DNA of 58,544 bases from Eubacteriales bacterium (GCA_045578045.1 JAZNJM010000041.1:1-58544), one strand, 5' to 3'; positions 48,306 through 58,344 are shown, counted from the first letter of the stretch. Notes: generated from the letters alone by a model not told the origin. A program made the numbers and translations.

Positions 48306-49460
48306 ATGAGAATATTTTTAACAGTTCTTGACAGCCTTGGAATTGGCGCACTTCCAGACGCTGATTTATATGGAGACAGCGGTTCTGATACTTTAAATTC
48401 AATTTGTAAATCTGATTTTTTTAACGCACCGAATCTTGCGAAAATGGGCATTTTCAACATAGAGGGAACACCTTCAAAAAAAGTTGAAGCTCCAACCGCC
48501 GCTTATTGTCGTTTTAAAGAAGCGTCCGCAGGAAAAGATACTGTTACAGGTCATTGGGAAATGTGTCAGATAGTTTCGGAAAAACCTTTTCCAACTTATC
48601 CAAACGGTTTCCCGAAAGAAGTAATTGAAAAATTTGAAGCGTTAACGGGTAAGAAAACTATATGTAATCTCCCATATTCAGGAACCGAGGTTATTAAAGA
48701 TTATGGAGAAGAGAGCATAAGAGACGGAAAGCTCATTGTTTATACTTCCGCAGACAGCGTTTTCCAAATTGCAGCTCACGAGGATTACGTTCCCGTTGAG
48801 GAATTATATAAATACTGTCAGATTGCAAGAGATATGCTTGTTGGAGAACACGCAGTCGGAAGAGTTATTGCACGTCCTTTTAACGGAGCTGTTGGTGAGT
48901 TTAAAAGAACTGCAAACAGACACGATTATGCGTTAAAGCCCCCTATCAGCACTCTTGAAGTTTTGAAAAACGCTGGAAAAGACGTTATATCCATAGGAAA
49001 AATTAAAGATATTTTCGCTGAAGTCGGAATAACAAAATCATATCCAGGTGCAACAAACCCTGTTGCGTTGGAATCCCTTGACAAAGTTCTTGATATGAGC
49101 TTTGACGGTTTATGCTTTACTAATCTCGTTGATTTTGACGCTGTTTTCGGTCATAGAAATAATATTGACGGATACGCAAAAGCGGTATCAGAATTTGACG
49201 TTTTTCTTGGTAACGCCCTTTCAAAACTTAAAGACGATGATGTTTTTATCCTTACGAGCGACCACGGATGTGATCCCGCAACCCCATCTACAGACCATTC
49301 AAGAGAATATACCTTCGGTCTTTTCTATGGAAAAAATATTTTGCCCATAGACTTGGGAACATCAGATTCTTTTGCTGATATAGGAAAAACAATATGCGAC
49401 CTTTTAGGCGTTGAAAATTCTCTTTCAGGAAAATCATTTCTTCCACTTATTAAGAAATGA
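48306..49460 (+). CDS. deoB: Phosphopentomutase
   Basis: VLDSLGIG, GKDTVTGHWE, YTSADSVFQIAAHE, RVIARPF, NLVDFD..FGHR, DHGCDP. Confidence 0.96.
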   Translation: MRIFLTVLDSLGIGALPDADLYGDSGSDTLNSICKSDFFNAPNLAKMGIFNIEGTPSKKVEAPTAAYCRFKEASAGKDTVTGHWEMCQIVSEKPFPTYPNGFPKEVIEKFEALTGKKTICNLPYSGTEVIKDYGEESIRDGKLIVYTSADSVFQIAAHEDYVPVEELYKYCQIARDMLVGEHAVGRVIARPFNGAVGEFKRTANRHDYALKPPISTLEVLKNAGKDVISIGKIKDIFAEVGITKSYPGATNPVALESLDKVLDMSFDGLCFTNLVDFDAVFGHRNNIDGYAKAVSEFDVFLGNALSKLKDDDVFILTSDHGCDPATPSTDHSREYTFGLFYGKNILPIDLGTSDSFADIGKTICDLLGVENSLSGKSFLPLIKK

Positions 49461-49468
49461 TATTTTTC

Positions 49469-49798
49469 TCAATATTGCGGAAGATCTTTTATTCTTTCTT
49501 TGGTTCTCAAAAGATACGCTTTATATAAATCCATATTCCCGCTTTCGTATAAACTTTTAGCAGTTTTTATATCAAGGGTTATTTTTTCAAGTTCTTTTTG
49601 ATTTACAAAATAATTCAATATTTTTTCTTCTTTATTCCAAACGTCTATAATATAAACAATATCGGAAACGTTTTTTATATTCTTTTCATCCACAATATAC
49701 GAAAGCCTTTCAGAAGCATTATTAACGTAAAGCTCTTCTGCTGCAACAAAAGAAATCAACAATATAAAAACAAAAATCATTATAATAAATCCACGCAT
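49469..49798 (-). CDS. DUF4363-like small exported/membrane protein
   Basis: Hydrophobic N-terminus; W....L...V...ELE.I pattern; downstream of a DUF421 gene, a common pairing. Confidence 0.55.
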   Translation of the reverse strand: MRGFIIMIFVFILLISFVAAEELYVNNASERLSYIVDEKNIKNVSDIVYIIDVWNKEEKILNYFVNQKELEKITLDIKTAKSLYESGNMDLYKAYLLRTKERIKDLPQY

Positions 49799-49813
49799 TA
49801 TTCCACCATATAA

Positions 49814-50488
49814 TTATAGTTTTTTCAGTTTAATTATTTCGTTGTCGGAATCGTCAATTATATAATACCATATCTTGTTTTTATCAACAATTCCTTTACT
49901 TTTAATTCGTTCCTTTAACCAAAATTCGTCTTTTCCGTAGGCTTCAAGAGCATTTTTATCTATATAGCCGTCAACTATAATACAATGACCTACTCCGTTT
50001 TCAATAACGTTTATATTTATGTCGCTTGGGGTTAGATTGTTGCTTTTTCTTTTGGGAAGGACACTTAATTTTCCATTTTGTTCAAGGATAACGTATTGAA
50101 TATCAGATATATCTTTATATCCATTTTGTCTTATTTCACAGAATATTTCATCTATACTAACCCTTGTTTTTAAAAGATTTTTTTCCAAAATCCTCCCCTT
50201 TTCCACAAGAACAACGGGTGAGCTGTCAAAAAAACGTCTCAATCTAACGTTTTTTTTGCAGATAAACGAAATAAAAACTTCAAGAAAAATAACGGTTATT
50301 AAAGGAACGTAACAAAACAAAACGGGAATATCTTTTGATGTTATAGGTAATACCGCAAGCTCAGAAATCATAACAGCGGTTACAAATTCAGAAAGCTGAA
50401 GCTCTCCAACTTGCCTTTTTCCCGATACTCTCATCAATAACATCAAAGTTATATAGAATATGATAGTTCTTTCAACCAACGTAAACAT
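49814..50488 (-). CDS. DUF421 / YetF family membrane protein
   Basis: R.SGKRQVGELQ, LVEKG.I...NL, ILEQNGKLSV, I.DG.I. Confidence 0.85.
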   Translation of the reverse strand: MFTLVERTIIFYITLMLLMRVSGKRQVGELQLSEFVTAVMISELAVLPITSKDIPVLFCYVPLITVIFLEVFISFICKKNVRLRRFFDSSPVVLVEKGRILEKNLLKTRVSIDEIFCEIRQNGYKDISDIQYVILEQNGKLSVLPKRKSNNLTPSDININVIENGVGHCIIVDGYIDKNALEAYGKDEFWLKERIKSKGIVDKNKIWYYIIDDSDNEIIKLKKL

Positions 50489-50575
50489 AATTCGACACTT
50501 TCTATTATTAAAAGTCATTTTTATATATTATTCTCTCGATTTTTTAAAAATATAACTTGTTTTTAGTATTTTATG

Positions 50576-50604
50576 ATGACAAACGAAAATTTATATGTTA
50601 TAAT
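50576..50604 (+). promoter_or_regulatory. sigmaA promoter for rlmB
   Basis: ATGACA-17 nt-TATAAT with extended TG. Confidence 0.55.
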
Positions 50605-50662
50605 CGTCTCATAAACCAAACTTCGATTTTTTTAAACACTATTTGTATAATAAAGGATTTAT

Positions 50663-51397
50663 ATGGAAAACGAAAACATTGTTCTCGGAAGAAACTCGGT
50701 AACAGAGCTGCTTTTGTCTGAACGCCCTATTGAAAAAATATATCTATTCAACGGCTGTGAGGAAAAATTCAAGAAAAAAATATATGAGCTATGCTCTAAA
50801 AGAAGAATCCCTCTCGTTAAAGCAGACAAAGCTAAAATAGATTCATTTGGAAAAAATAATCAAGGAATTGTTGCAATTGCCGCAACAAAGGAATATTGCG
50901 ATATAGACGATATTCTGAATTTTGCATATTCAAAAAACGAAAAGCCCTTTGTTGTTATTGCTGACGGAATTAACGATCCGCATAATCTCGGAGCTATAAT
51001 CAGATCTGCCGAATGTGCGGGTGTTCACGGAATTATCATTCCCAAAAGACATTCCGTTTCTGTTACACCGGTTGTTCATAAATCTTCTGCCGGAGCTTCT
51101 GAACATATGCTTATTGCAAAAGTTCCAAATCTTGCCGCCGCTGTTGATGAATTAAAAGATAAAGGCTTATGGATATACGCTATGGAAGCAGACGGAGATG
51201 ATTATTCAAAAACAGTTTTCGATTCTCCAACTTGTATAATAATGGGAAGCGAAGGAAACGGTGTTTCAGAGCTTCTAAGGAAAAAATCCGATTTCGTTTT
51301 ATCTATTCCTATGTATGGAAAAATAAATTCCCTTAACGTTTCTGCTGCCGCAGCAATTATTATGTTTAAGGCTGCACCGATGTTAAAAAATCTCTGA
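50663..51397 (+). CDS. rlmB: 23S rRNA (guanosine-2251-2'-O)-methyltransferase
   Basis: GRN.V.E, DPHNLGAIIRSA, GSEGNG, SIPM.G.INSLNVS. Confidence 0.93.
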   Translation: MENENIVLGRNSVTELLLSERPIEKIYLFNGCEEKFKKKIYELCSKRRIPLVKADKAKIDSFGKNNQGIVAIAATKEYCDIDDILNFAYSKNEKPFVVIADGINDPHNLGAIIRSAECAGVHGIIIPKRHSVSVTPVVHKSSAGASEHMLIAKVPNLAAAVDELKDKGLWIYAMEADGDDYSKTVFDSPTCIIMGSEGNGVSELLRKKSDFVLSIPMYGKINSLNVSAAAAIIMFKAAPMLKNL

Positions 51398-51434
51398 TAT
51401 ATAATTTTTAATCCCAAAAGGGAGGAATGTTTCT

Positions 51435-54017
51435 TTGTCTAATAATGCAGAATATACTTGCAATTTCAAAACAACTGCACGAAAATTAAACAGAATAAAA
51501 ATTAAAGACGTTTTAGATAAGGCTGATGAAAATAATACTCAGCTTATATCAATTCCTATTCCAAAATTCAGAACTGACCTCAAAGCACCTGACGTTAAAA
51601 TAGACGGACTTGATTCTGACTCCGGAGAAGATTCTATTTCACTTCTCAAAACAACTCTTGAGTCTATGGTTTTTGAAGACGAGGAATTGAAGGGCTATTA
51701 CGAAGGCTTAAAAACAAGACTGAATAAAAAAAAGATAGACGAAATATACAGTATTGTAACAGCAAACATTCCATACGGTAGCTTAAAGCGTTCTTTGAGA
51801 AAAACTTCTTCAAAGCAATATTCATTAAAAGATACAAAAACTTTTTCCATTGGAAAAACAGCTAAATCTTTGAAGATAGAAAAAACGCCGAGGGATAATC
51901 CCTCTTTTATTCAGGAAACCTTAATTGATGAGCCCGATGATACTCAAACGTCTGAACTTTTAGTCCCTGAGAATAATTCTTCCGTTATATCATCTCAGAA
52001 AAACGCTTCTGACGAACAAGATAATTCTTCTCAGCTCTCTTTTGACATTGTTGAGAAAAACACAGAAAAAAGCAAACAAGATGATATAAATCTTAAAATT
52101 GCTTTTGATATGATAAGCGGTGATGACGAAGATTTGTCTGAGTATGATGATGAAAAAGAAGATATTGAAAACGAATCTTCTGAAAAAAACAAAAATTCAC
52201 AAAGAAAAAAAGCTGTTTCAAGTTTCTTTTCATCTATGTTCAGATACAGAACAACAAACGAAGATGAAATTCGCGATGAAGAAAAAGAACAAGACTCAAA
52301 CGATGAATATAACGGTTTTGAATACAATTCCGTTGAAGATAAGCAAGAAGCTGAAAAACTTTTGAAAGATTCCGTTTATTTATCTTTAAAAAAATTAGGA
52401 TTAGCTTGTCTTTTGTTTTTGTTTTTTATCGCTCTTAAATATTTCTCTGTAGAAAATGAAATTTTTGCAAAATATATTTCATATTCAAGATACGGCGTTT
52501 TATATATTCTTTTTGAGATTCAATTATTATTTCTTGGGGTTTTCATACATAAAGGAGCTTTTATAAACGGAATTAAATCGTTTTTAACAGGAAAATTTTC
52601 TTCTGATTCCGTTTTTGCTGCAACAACTATTTTTGCATCTGCACATAGTATTTTTTCTATTTTCGCTTCAAATGAAAAAATTGTTCTTTTCAACGCAATT
52701 CCAATATTAATGTCGTTATATATTGGTATTTCTACATATCTCAAAAACAAGAAAAATCTTTCCTGTTTTAAAATTATTTCAACAGACAAAGAGAAATTTG
52801 CCGCAGCCGAACTTTCCCCCGCTTCAAAAGAAGCCTCCAGCTTTTATTCCTATCTTTTAGAAGATTCAGACGTTTATACAGTTTCAAAATCAAGATTTGT
52901 TTCTTCTTTTTTCAAAAGAATATCAAAAAAGCCAAAAAGCGAAGATATTTTGAACGCAATTATCCCTGGAGTATTTTTCATATCAACGATTATTTTTTCT
53001 ATATGTTTTTTCTATGGAAAAATGTCTGTTTATGATTCTTTCACCGCTTTAACAGCTTTTATATTGTCTGCTATGCCCGCCGCGAGCTTTTTCGTTATAT
53101 CAATCCCCCTCGTTTCTGCAAACAGAATTTGCAATAAAATTGATTCGGCGATTATTGGCGAAAGCGTTGCGGAGGAATATGCAAACGCTTCTGTTATTTC
53201 TTTTGAAGATATAGAACTTTTTCCACCCGACAAAGTTACTATGAAAGATATGAAGGTCTATCACAATATGAGAATAGACCAGATTGTAGTAGAACTCGCA
53301 AAACTTTTCTCTCACATCGGCGGTCCGCTTAAAGACTTTTTTGCCCAGTCCGTTAACGATGTTTTTGAAGAACACAACGTTATTAAAGTATTAGAGTCAT
53401 CAGAAAACGGAATTATGATAGCCGCAGACGGAAACGACTACTATCTCGGAAACGGTGCATTTATGAGAAGCCACGGACTATCGTATGACGAAGATGAAGA
53501 AGACCAGAAATACGAAAGAACGGGCGGTTCCGTTATGGTTTTCGGTGCAAACTCCGTTGTTGCTGCTAAATTCTATTTCAGATACGTTCCGCAAAAAGGA
53601 TTTAAAAAACTCCTTGAACATATGTATAAAAGCGGTCTTTGCATTGGAATTAAAACTCTTGATCCAAATATCAACAACGATTTACTTTATTATCACTCAG
53701 ACGGTTCCCAATGTCCCATTTCTATTCTTAAATCCTCAGCTCCTGAAGAAATTACTTCTAAAGTGTCTTCAGTTGATTCAGGAATTATTTCCAATCGTTC
53801 ATTAGGTGCTTTTTTAAAAGCATTTATGACTTGCGACAAGGCAAGACATTCCATAAAAAGCAATGGAATTATTATGCTTACAGGTTCAGCATTAACTTCT
53901 ATTATGATGATATTTATTTCTATCACGGGCGGGATTGTTAACTTCTCCCCAACACACGCTTTTATTTTACAGCTTTTATGGTCTATGGCTGTTTTCATCC
54001 TCTCTTTTTGGAAATAA
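51435..54017 (+). CDS. Large membrane protein with acidic N-terminal region and degenerate P1B-ATPase-like C-terminal part
   Basis: TTG start after GGAGG; about 6 TM helices, a cytoplasmic domain, then 2 TM helices; SVISFEDIELF, YLGNGAFM...G and IKTLDPN sit where DKTGT, GN and TGD motifs are expected. Confidence 0.55.
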   Translation: MSNNAEYTCNFKTTARKLNRIKIKDVLDKADENNTQLISIPIPKFRTDLKAPDVKIDGLDSDSGEDSISLLKTTLESMVFEDEELKGYYEGLKTRLNKKKIDEIYSIVTANIPYGSLKRSLRKTSSKQYSLKDTKTFSIGKTAKSLKIEKTPRDNPSFIQETLIDEPDDTQTSELLVPENNSSVISSQKNASDEQDNSSQLSFDIVEKNTEKSKQDDINLKIAFDMISGDDEDLSEYDDEKEDIENESSEKNKNSQRKKAVSSFFSSMFRYRTTNEDEIRDEEKEQDSNDEYNGFEYNSVEDKQEAEKLLKDSVYLSLKKLGLACLLFLFFIALKYFSVENEIFAKYISYSRYGVLYILFEIQLLFLGVFIHKGAFINGIKSFLTGKFSSDSVFAATTIFASAHSIFSIFASNEKIVLFNAIPILMSLYIGISTYLKNKKNLSCFKIISTDKEKFAAAELSPASKEASSFYSYLLEDSDVYTVSKSRFVSSFFKRISKKPKSEDILNAIIPGVFFISTIIFSICFFYGKMSVYDSFTALTAFILSAMPAASFFVISIPLVSANRICNKIDSAIIGESVAEEYANASVISFEDIELFPPDKVTMKDMKVYHNMRIDQIVVELAKLFSHIGGPLKDFFAQSVNDVFEEHNVIKVLESSENGIMIAADGNDYYLGNGAFMRSHGLSYDEDEEDQKYERTGGSVMVFGANSVVAAKFYFRYVPQKGFKKLLEHMYKSGLCIGIKTLDPNINNDLLYYHSDGSQCPISILKSSAPEEITSKVSSVDSGIISNRSLGAFLKAFMTCDKARHSIKSNGIIMLTGSALTSIMMIFISITGGIVNFSPTHAFILQLLWSMAVFILSFWK

Positions 54018-54082
54018 GAGCTTGTTTTTAAAAAAAATTGTTATTTTTCTCAAAAAAAAATGTTTTTTTACTAAAAAAACTA

Positions 54083-54111
54083 TTGAATATTTAAAAAAAA
54101 TATTATATAAT
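54083..54111 (+). promoter_or_regulatory. sigmaA promoter for the EF-G paralog
   Basis: TTGAAT-17 nt-TATAAT; AGGAG RBS before ATG 54174. Confidence 0.65.
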
Positions 54112-54173
54112 AGGTATGTTATTGATAGAAACTAATAATATCAATTATAATAAAAATCATAGGAGTAACAATA

Positions 54174-56249
54174 ATGGCTATTTTCAAATCTAACCAAATC
54201 AGAAACGTTGCTTTAATCGGACACGGCGGAGATGGTAAAACAGCTCTTGCTGAAGCTATGCTTTATCTTGCAAAAGCAACAGACAGATTGGGAAAGGCTG
54301 CTGACGGTAACACCGTTTGCGATTACGATCCCGAAGAAATTAAACGTTCTATTTCAATTTCGGCAGCTCTTGCAAATTTTGAATGGAAAAATACCAAAAT
54401 CAATATACTTGACACTCCAGGTTATTTCGATTTTGAGGGCGAAGTTAGACAAGCTCTTAAAGTTGCTGATACAGCTTTAATCGTTGTTGACGGAAAATCA
54501 GGACATAAAGTTGGAACAGAGCTTACTTGGGATTTAGCAAAAGGTAAGTCAAAAGCATTCTTTGTTAACAAACTTGATGACGAAAACTCTAATTTCCATA
54601 AAACACTTCAAGGACTTGAAGATACTTTCGGAAAATCAGTTTGTCCTGTTATCGTTCCCGCAACAGAAGGCGGAAATCCAAAAGTATTCTATAACCTTTT
54701 AACAGACGAAGCAATTGAGTTTGATGCAAAAGGCGAAATTAAAGTTGTTTCCCTTCCTGACGGTGCAAAAGACCTTATTGAAGAATACAGCCTCGTGTTC
54801 AAAGAAGCTATCGCTGAAACAGATGACGAGCTTATGATGAAATATTTCGAAGGCGAAGAATTTACACACGATGAAACAAAAGCCGCAATGCTCAAAGGTC
54901 TTGTTGAAGGCACAATAACTCCAGTATTCTCAGGTTCTTCAACAACTCTTGCCGGTGTTAAAGCTCTTATGGATTCTATTTCCAACTTCTTCTGCTCTCC
55001 TGCCGACAATATGAAAGCATCGGTTGAGGGTGCTGACGGAAAAATTTCTGAAATTTCTTCTTCCGAAGACGGAGCTCCTTCCCTCTTTATCTTCAAAACT
55101 GTTGCTGATAAAGACGTTGGAAAACGTAGCTTCTTCCGTGTTATGAGTGGTACTCTTACAAACTCTGCTGTTCTTACAAACAGTACAACAGGTCAAAAAG
55201 AAAAAATTGCAAGTATTTATACTTTCGTTGGTAAAAAGACCTCTAACGTTGAAACCCTTTCATACGGTGATATTGGTGCAACAGTTAAACTTTCCAACAC
55301 AAACGTTAACGATACACTCTCCCCTAACGGAGACGTTAAATATGAAAAAATTGAATTCCCAACACCATATTACTGTCAGGCAATAATGCCTAAGGCAAAG
55401 GGTGATGAAGATAAAATTTCCGCTGGTATTTCAAAGATTCTCGAAGAAGATTATACATTGAAATACGAAAACAACGCTGAAACAAAACAGATGTGTATCA
55501 GCGGTTTAGGAAATATGCATATTGATATTATGGTTTCTAAATTGAAAAACCGTTTCGGTGCAAATATCGATACTGCTCCTGCAAAAATAGCATATAGAGA
55601 AGCTATAAAAGGCAAAGCTCAGGCAGAAGGAAAACACAAGAAACAGTCTGGCGGACACGGTCAGTATGGACACGTTAAAATTGAATTCTCACCAGGAGAA
55701 TCCGATGGACTTGAATTCACAGAATCAATCTTCGGCGGAAGCGTTCCAAAGAATTTCCACCCAGCTGTTGAAAAAGGATTGCTTGAAGCTATGCAGAAAG
55801 GTATTCTTGCAGGATATCCCGTTATCAATATTCACGCAAACCTCTTTGACGGTTCATACCACGATGTTGACTCTTCCGAAATGTCCTTTAAATTAGCAGC
55901 TATTCTTGCATTTAAAGATGGTATTCCCAAGGCAAAGCCAATTATTCTTGAACCATACGGAAACCTTAAAGTATTCGTTCCCGATTCCCTCGTTGGAGAC
56001 GTTTACGGAGACCTCAACAAGAGAAGAGGTAGAATTAGCGGAACAGAACAAAGCGGAACAAAGAAAGGCTATACAATTGTTGAAGCTGAAGTTCCAACAG
56101 CTGAAATGAGCGACTATGCTATTCAGCTCCGTGCTATGACACAAGGAAGAGGAACGTTTACCTTTGAATTCGTTAAATACGAAGAAGCTCCCGATAATAT
56201 TAAAAACAAAATAATTGCAGAAGCAAAAGCAAACGCTTCTGAAGAATAA
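54174..56249 (+). CDS. fusA: Elongation factor G paralog (EF-G2/EF-G II type)
   Basis: Full EF-G domain set (KKQSGGHGQYG, DGSYHDVDSS, TQGRG) but GHGGDGKT, RSISI and DTPGY replace the canonical AHIDAGKT, RGITI and DTPGH; not in an rpsL-rpsG-tuf context. Confidence 0.88.
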   Translation: MAIFKSNQIRNVALIGHGGDGKTALAEAMLYLAKATDRLGKAADGNTVCDYDPEEIKRSISISAALANFEWKNTKINILDTPGYFDFEGEVRQALKVADTALIVVDGKSGHKVGTELTWDLAKGKSKAFFVNKLDDENSNFHKTLQGLEDTFGKSVCPVIVPATEGGNPKVFYNLLTDEAIEFDAKGEIKVVSLPDGAKDLIEEYSLVFKEAIAETDDELMMKYFEGEEFTHDETKAAMLKGLVEGTITPVFSGSSTTLAGVKALMDSISNFFCSPADNMKASVEGADGKISEISSSEDGAPSLFIFKTVADKDVGKRSFFRVMSGTLTNSAVLTNSTTGQKEKIASIYTFVGKKTSNVETLSYGDIGATVKLSNTNVNDTLSPNGDVKYEKIEFPTPYYCQAIMPKAKGDEDKISAGISKILEEDYTLKYENNAETKQMCISGLGNMHIDIMVSKLKNRFGANIDTAPAKIAYREAIKGKAQAEGKHKKQSGGHGQYGHVKIEFSPGESDGLEFTESIFGGSVPKNFHPAVEKGLLEAMQKGILAGYPVINIHANLFDGSYHDVDSSEMSFKLAAILAFKDGIPKAKPIILEPYGNLKVFVPDSLVGDVYGDLNKRRGRISGTEQSGTKKGYTIVEAEVPTAEMSDYAIQLRAMTQGRGTFTFEFVKYEEAPDNIKNKIIAEAKANASEE

Positions 56250-56292
56250 TCCACACGCCTATGGATCACAAAGGCATGAAAGGAAAATTGCG

Positions 56293-57687
56293 ATGAATAA
56301 AAACATATTTAATTTAAAATCGTTTCTTGCATTATTGCTCTCTTCAATGATGACAGTTTCACTTTCTTCTTGCTCTGATAATGAAAAAAACACAGCTTTT
56401 CTTGATCAGATTTCAGCAGCTGAGATATACAGTGAAGCAGAAGAAAGCTCTGAAGAATCTTCAGAACCTCCAACAAAAGAAGGGTATACTGCAAGACCTA
56501 TTATAACTCATATTATCAACGTTGAACCATATTCTGTTGTTGTTGCGGGAACTTGCGAAGAAGGTTCCGTTATCAAAGCGTATAACGTTGCATTCGAAGA
56601 CGAAAAATATGAAACCAAATCAATTGGTAAATATTTTATCTTTGAATTGAATCTCAGAAACACCAACGAGCATTACTACGAAATTAAAGCTACAGTTGAA
56701 GGAAAGAAAGAAAGTACAGTAAATCACTTTACAGCTAAGTATGATTCTGTTGCTGAAAAGCCTAATGATAATACTGCGGTTTCTTTAGGAAATAACTCAA
56801 CGCTTTTCTATGACTCGATGATTGCTCCGTTCAAAGGTGAAAACCTTCTCACAAACTCTAAACTCAAGAGTTTTAAAGAATCTATTGCCAATCAAGCAAA
56901 CAAAGATGGAATTAAATATGTTTACGTTATGGTTCCCGGAATGCTCTCCGTTTATGATGAAAAAGTTCCAGAAGCTATTAAATCAGAAAAAGACAGCTAT
57001 AACACCAAATTTGAACAATTAGTTAAAGCTCTTTCAGAAGTTAAAAACGTTGACGTTATTAACTTAAAAGATACATTTGTTGAAAACAAAAATGGTGAAT
57101 ATCCTATTTATTATAATACAAGCAGCAACCTTTCTGACTTTGGAGCATATTTAGCTTACAAAGAAGTAATGAATTATGTTGAAAATTCCAATTCTGATTT
57201 ATCATATAAATTTGAAAAAACAAATGGAAAAGGCGGAGACCTTGTTTCTTCCCTTGGACTTGATAAAGACATTTTCTCTGAAAGCTACTATTATGCAAAG
57301 AATAACTTCACTACAACAATTCCTGAAGAAACAGAAGGAACCTGCAAAGTTTCTGATATAGTTGTTTATTCAGACAAAAACACAAATACTTATTTCTCTG
57401 ACGTTGCAGAAGATGAAGTTTATGGTGCATGTGAAAAACTTTATTTCAAAACAAACCGCCAAGAGCTTCCAAGTGCTGTTTTCCTCAGAGATGATTCAGC
57501 CAACGCAATGGTTTCTATGCTTGCAGAAAACTTTAACAATTCATATTTTGCAGCAAACAATTCATTCGTATTGAACGATTCTGAAATTACCGCAGCTGTT
57601 TCTGATTATGCAAATAACGGAAGCGTATACGTTGATTACGTGTTTGTTATTGTTTCAGAAGACAATATTGATTCAATTGTTGGTTAA
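56293..57687 (+). CDS. Lipoprotein with Ig-like N-terminal region and degenerate DHHW/AlgX-AlgJ-like SGNH domain
   Basis: Lipobox LSSC after a signal peptide; YVMVP...VY, IYYNTSSNLSDFGAYLAY, GGDL, FLRDDSAN; GAAAGGA RBS. Confidence 0.6.
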   Translation: MNKNIFNLKSFLALLLSSMMTVSLSSCSDNEKNTAFLDQISAAEIYSEAEESSEESSEPPTKEGYTARPIITHIINVEPYSVVVAGTCEEGSVIKAYNVAFEDEKYETKSIGKYFIFELNLRNTNEHYYEIKATVEGKKESTVNHFTAKYDSVAEKPNDNTAVSLGNNSTLFYDSMIAPFKGENLLTNSKLKSFKESIANQANKDGIKYVYVMVPGMLSVYDEKVPEAIKSEKDSYNTKFEQLVKALSEVKNVDVINLKDTFVENKNGEYPIYYNTSSNLSDFGAYLAYKEVMNYVENSNSDLSYKFEKTNGKGGDLVSSLGLDKDIFSESYYYAKNNFTTTIPEETEGTCKVSDIVVYSDKNTNTYFSDVAEDEVYGACEKLYFKTNRQELPSAVFLRDDSANAMVSMLAENFNNSYFAANNSFVLNDSEITAAVSDYANNGSVYVDYVFVIVSEDNIDSIVG

Positions 57688-58340
57688 TGATGAATTGGGC
57701 GTTTTTTGAAAACATCCAAGAGAAAAAAAGACTTGACGTTGTTAAAAGCCTCGTTCCCAAGGGGACGAGGCTTTTAGATATAGGAACAGACCACGCTTCC
57801 CTCCCTATTGATCTTGTTAAAAGTGGAATAATAACAAGTGCAATAGCGTCAGACGTCAACAAAAAACCCTTGGAAAGAGCTGAATCCGAAATAATCAAAA
57901 ACGGTTTATCAAATAGAATTGTTACTGTTTTATCAAATGGATTTGAAAACATTCCCGAAAACACTTTTGATTCCGTTGCAATCTGTGGAATGGGCGGTCA
58001 TCTAATTTCGGAAATTATTGAAAAAGGAAAATCTAAAGCAAAAAATTGCGATTTAATTTTGCAGCCTATGTCTTACCCCGAAGCGTTAAGATATTATCTT
58101 TCAACAAACGGATTTGAAATTATAAATGAAGCTTTTGCTTATGATAATGGAAAGCCATACGTTATTATTCAAGCAAGATATACATCTATAAATACTGATT
58201 TTTCATACGGAGAACTTTTATTTGGAAAGTTTCGTCCAAATAATCAGTATTATAAACTATATGAAAATAAAATCTTAATCAGACTTAGAAAAAGATTATT
58301 AGGCATTTTAAAGCATATTTATACAAACGATAATATTTAA
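57687..58340 (+). CDS. trmK: tRNA (adenine(22)-N1)-methyltransferase
   Basis: RL, DIGTDHA.LP, ASDV...PL..A, ICGMGG.LI..I, LILQPM. Confidence 0.92.
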   Translation: MMNWAFFENIQEKKRLDVVKSLVPKGTRLLDIGTDHASLPIDLVKSGIITSAIASDVNKKPLERAESEIIKNGLSNRIVTVLSNGFENIPENTFDSVAICGMGGHLISEIIEKGKSKAKNCDLILQPMSYPEALRYYLSTNGFEIINEAFAYDNGKPYVIIQARYTSINTDFSYGELLFGKFRPNNQYYKLYENKILIRLRKRLLGILKHIYTNDNI

Positions 58341-58344
58341 AACT

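Noticed and set aside
56215-56292. Longer start for the lipoprotein overlapping EF-G
   Set aside because: Signal peptide and RBS fit ATG 56293
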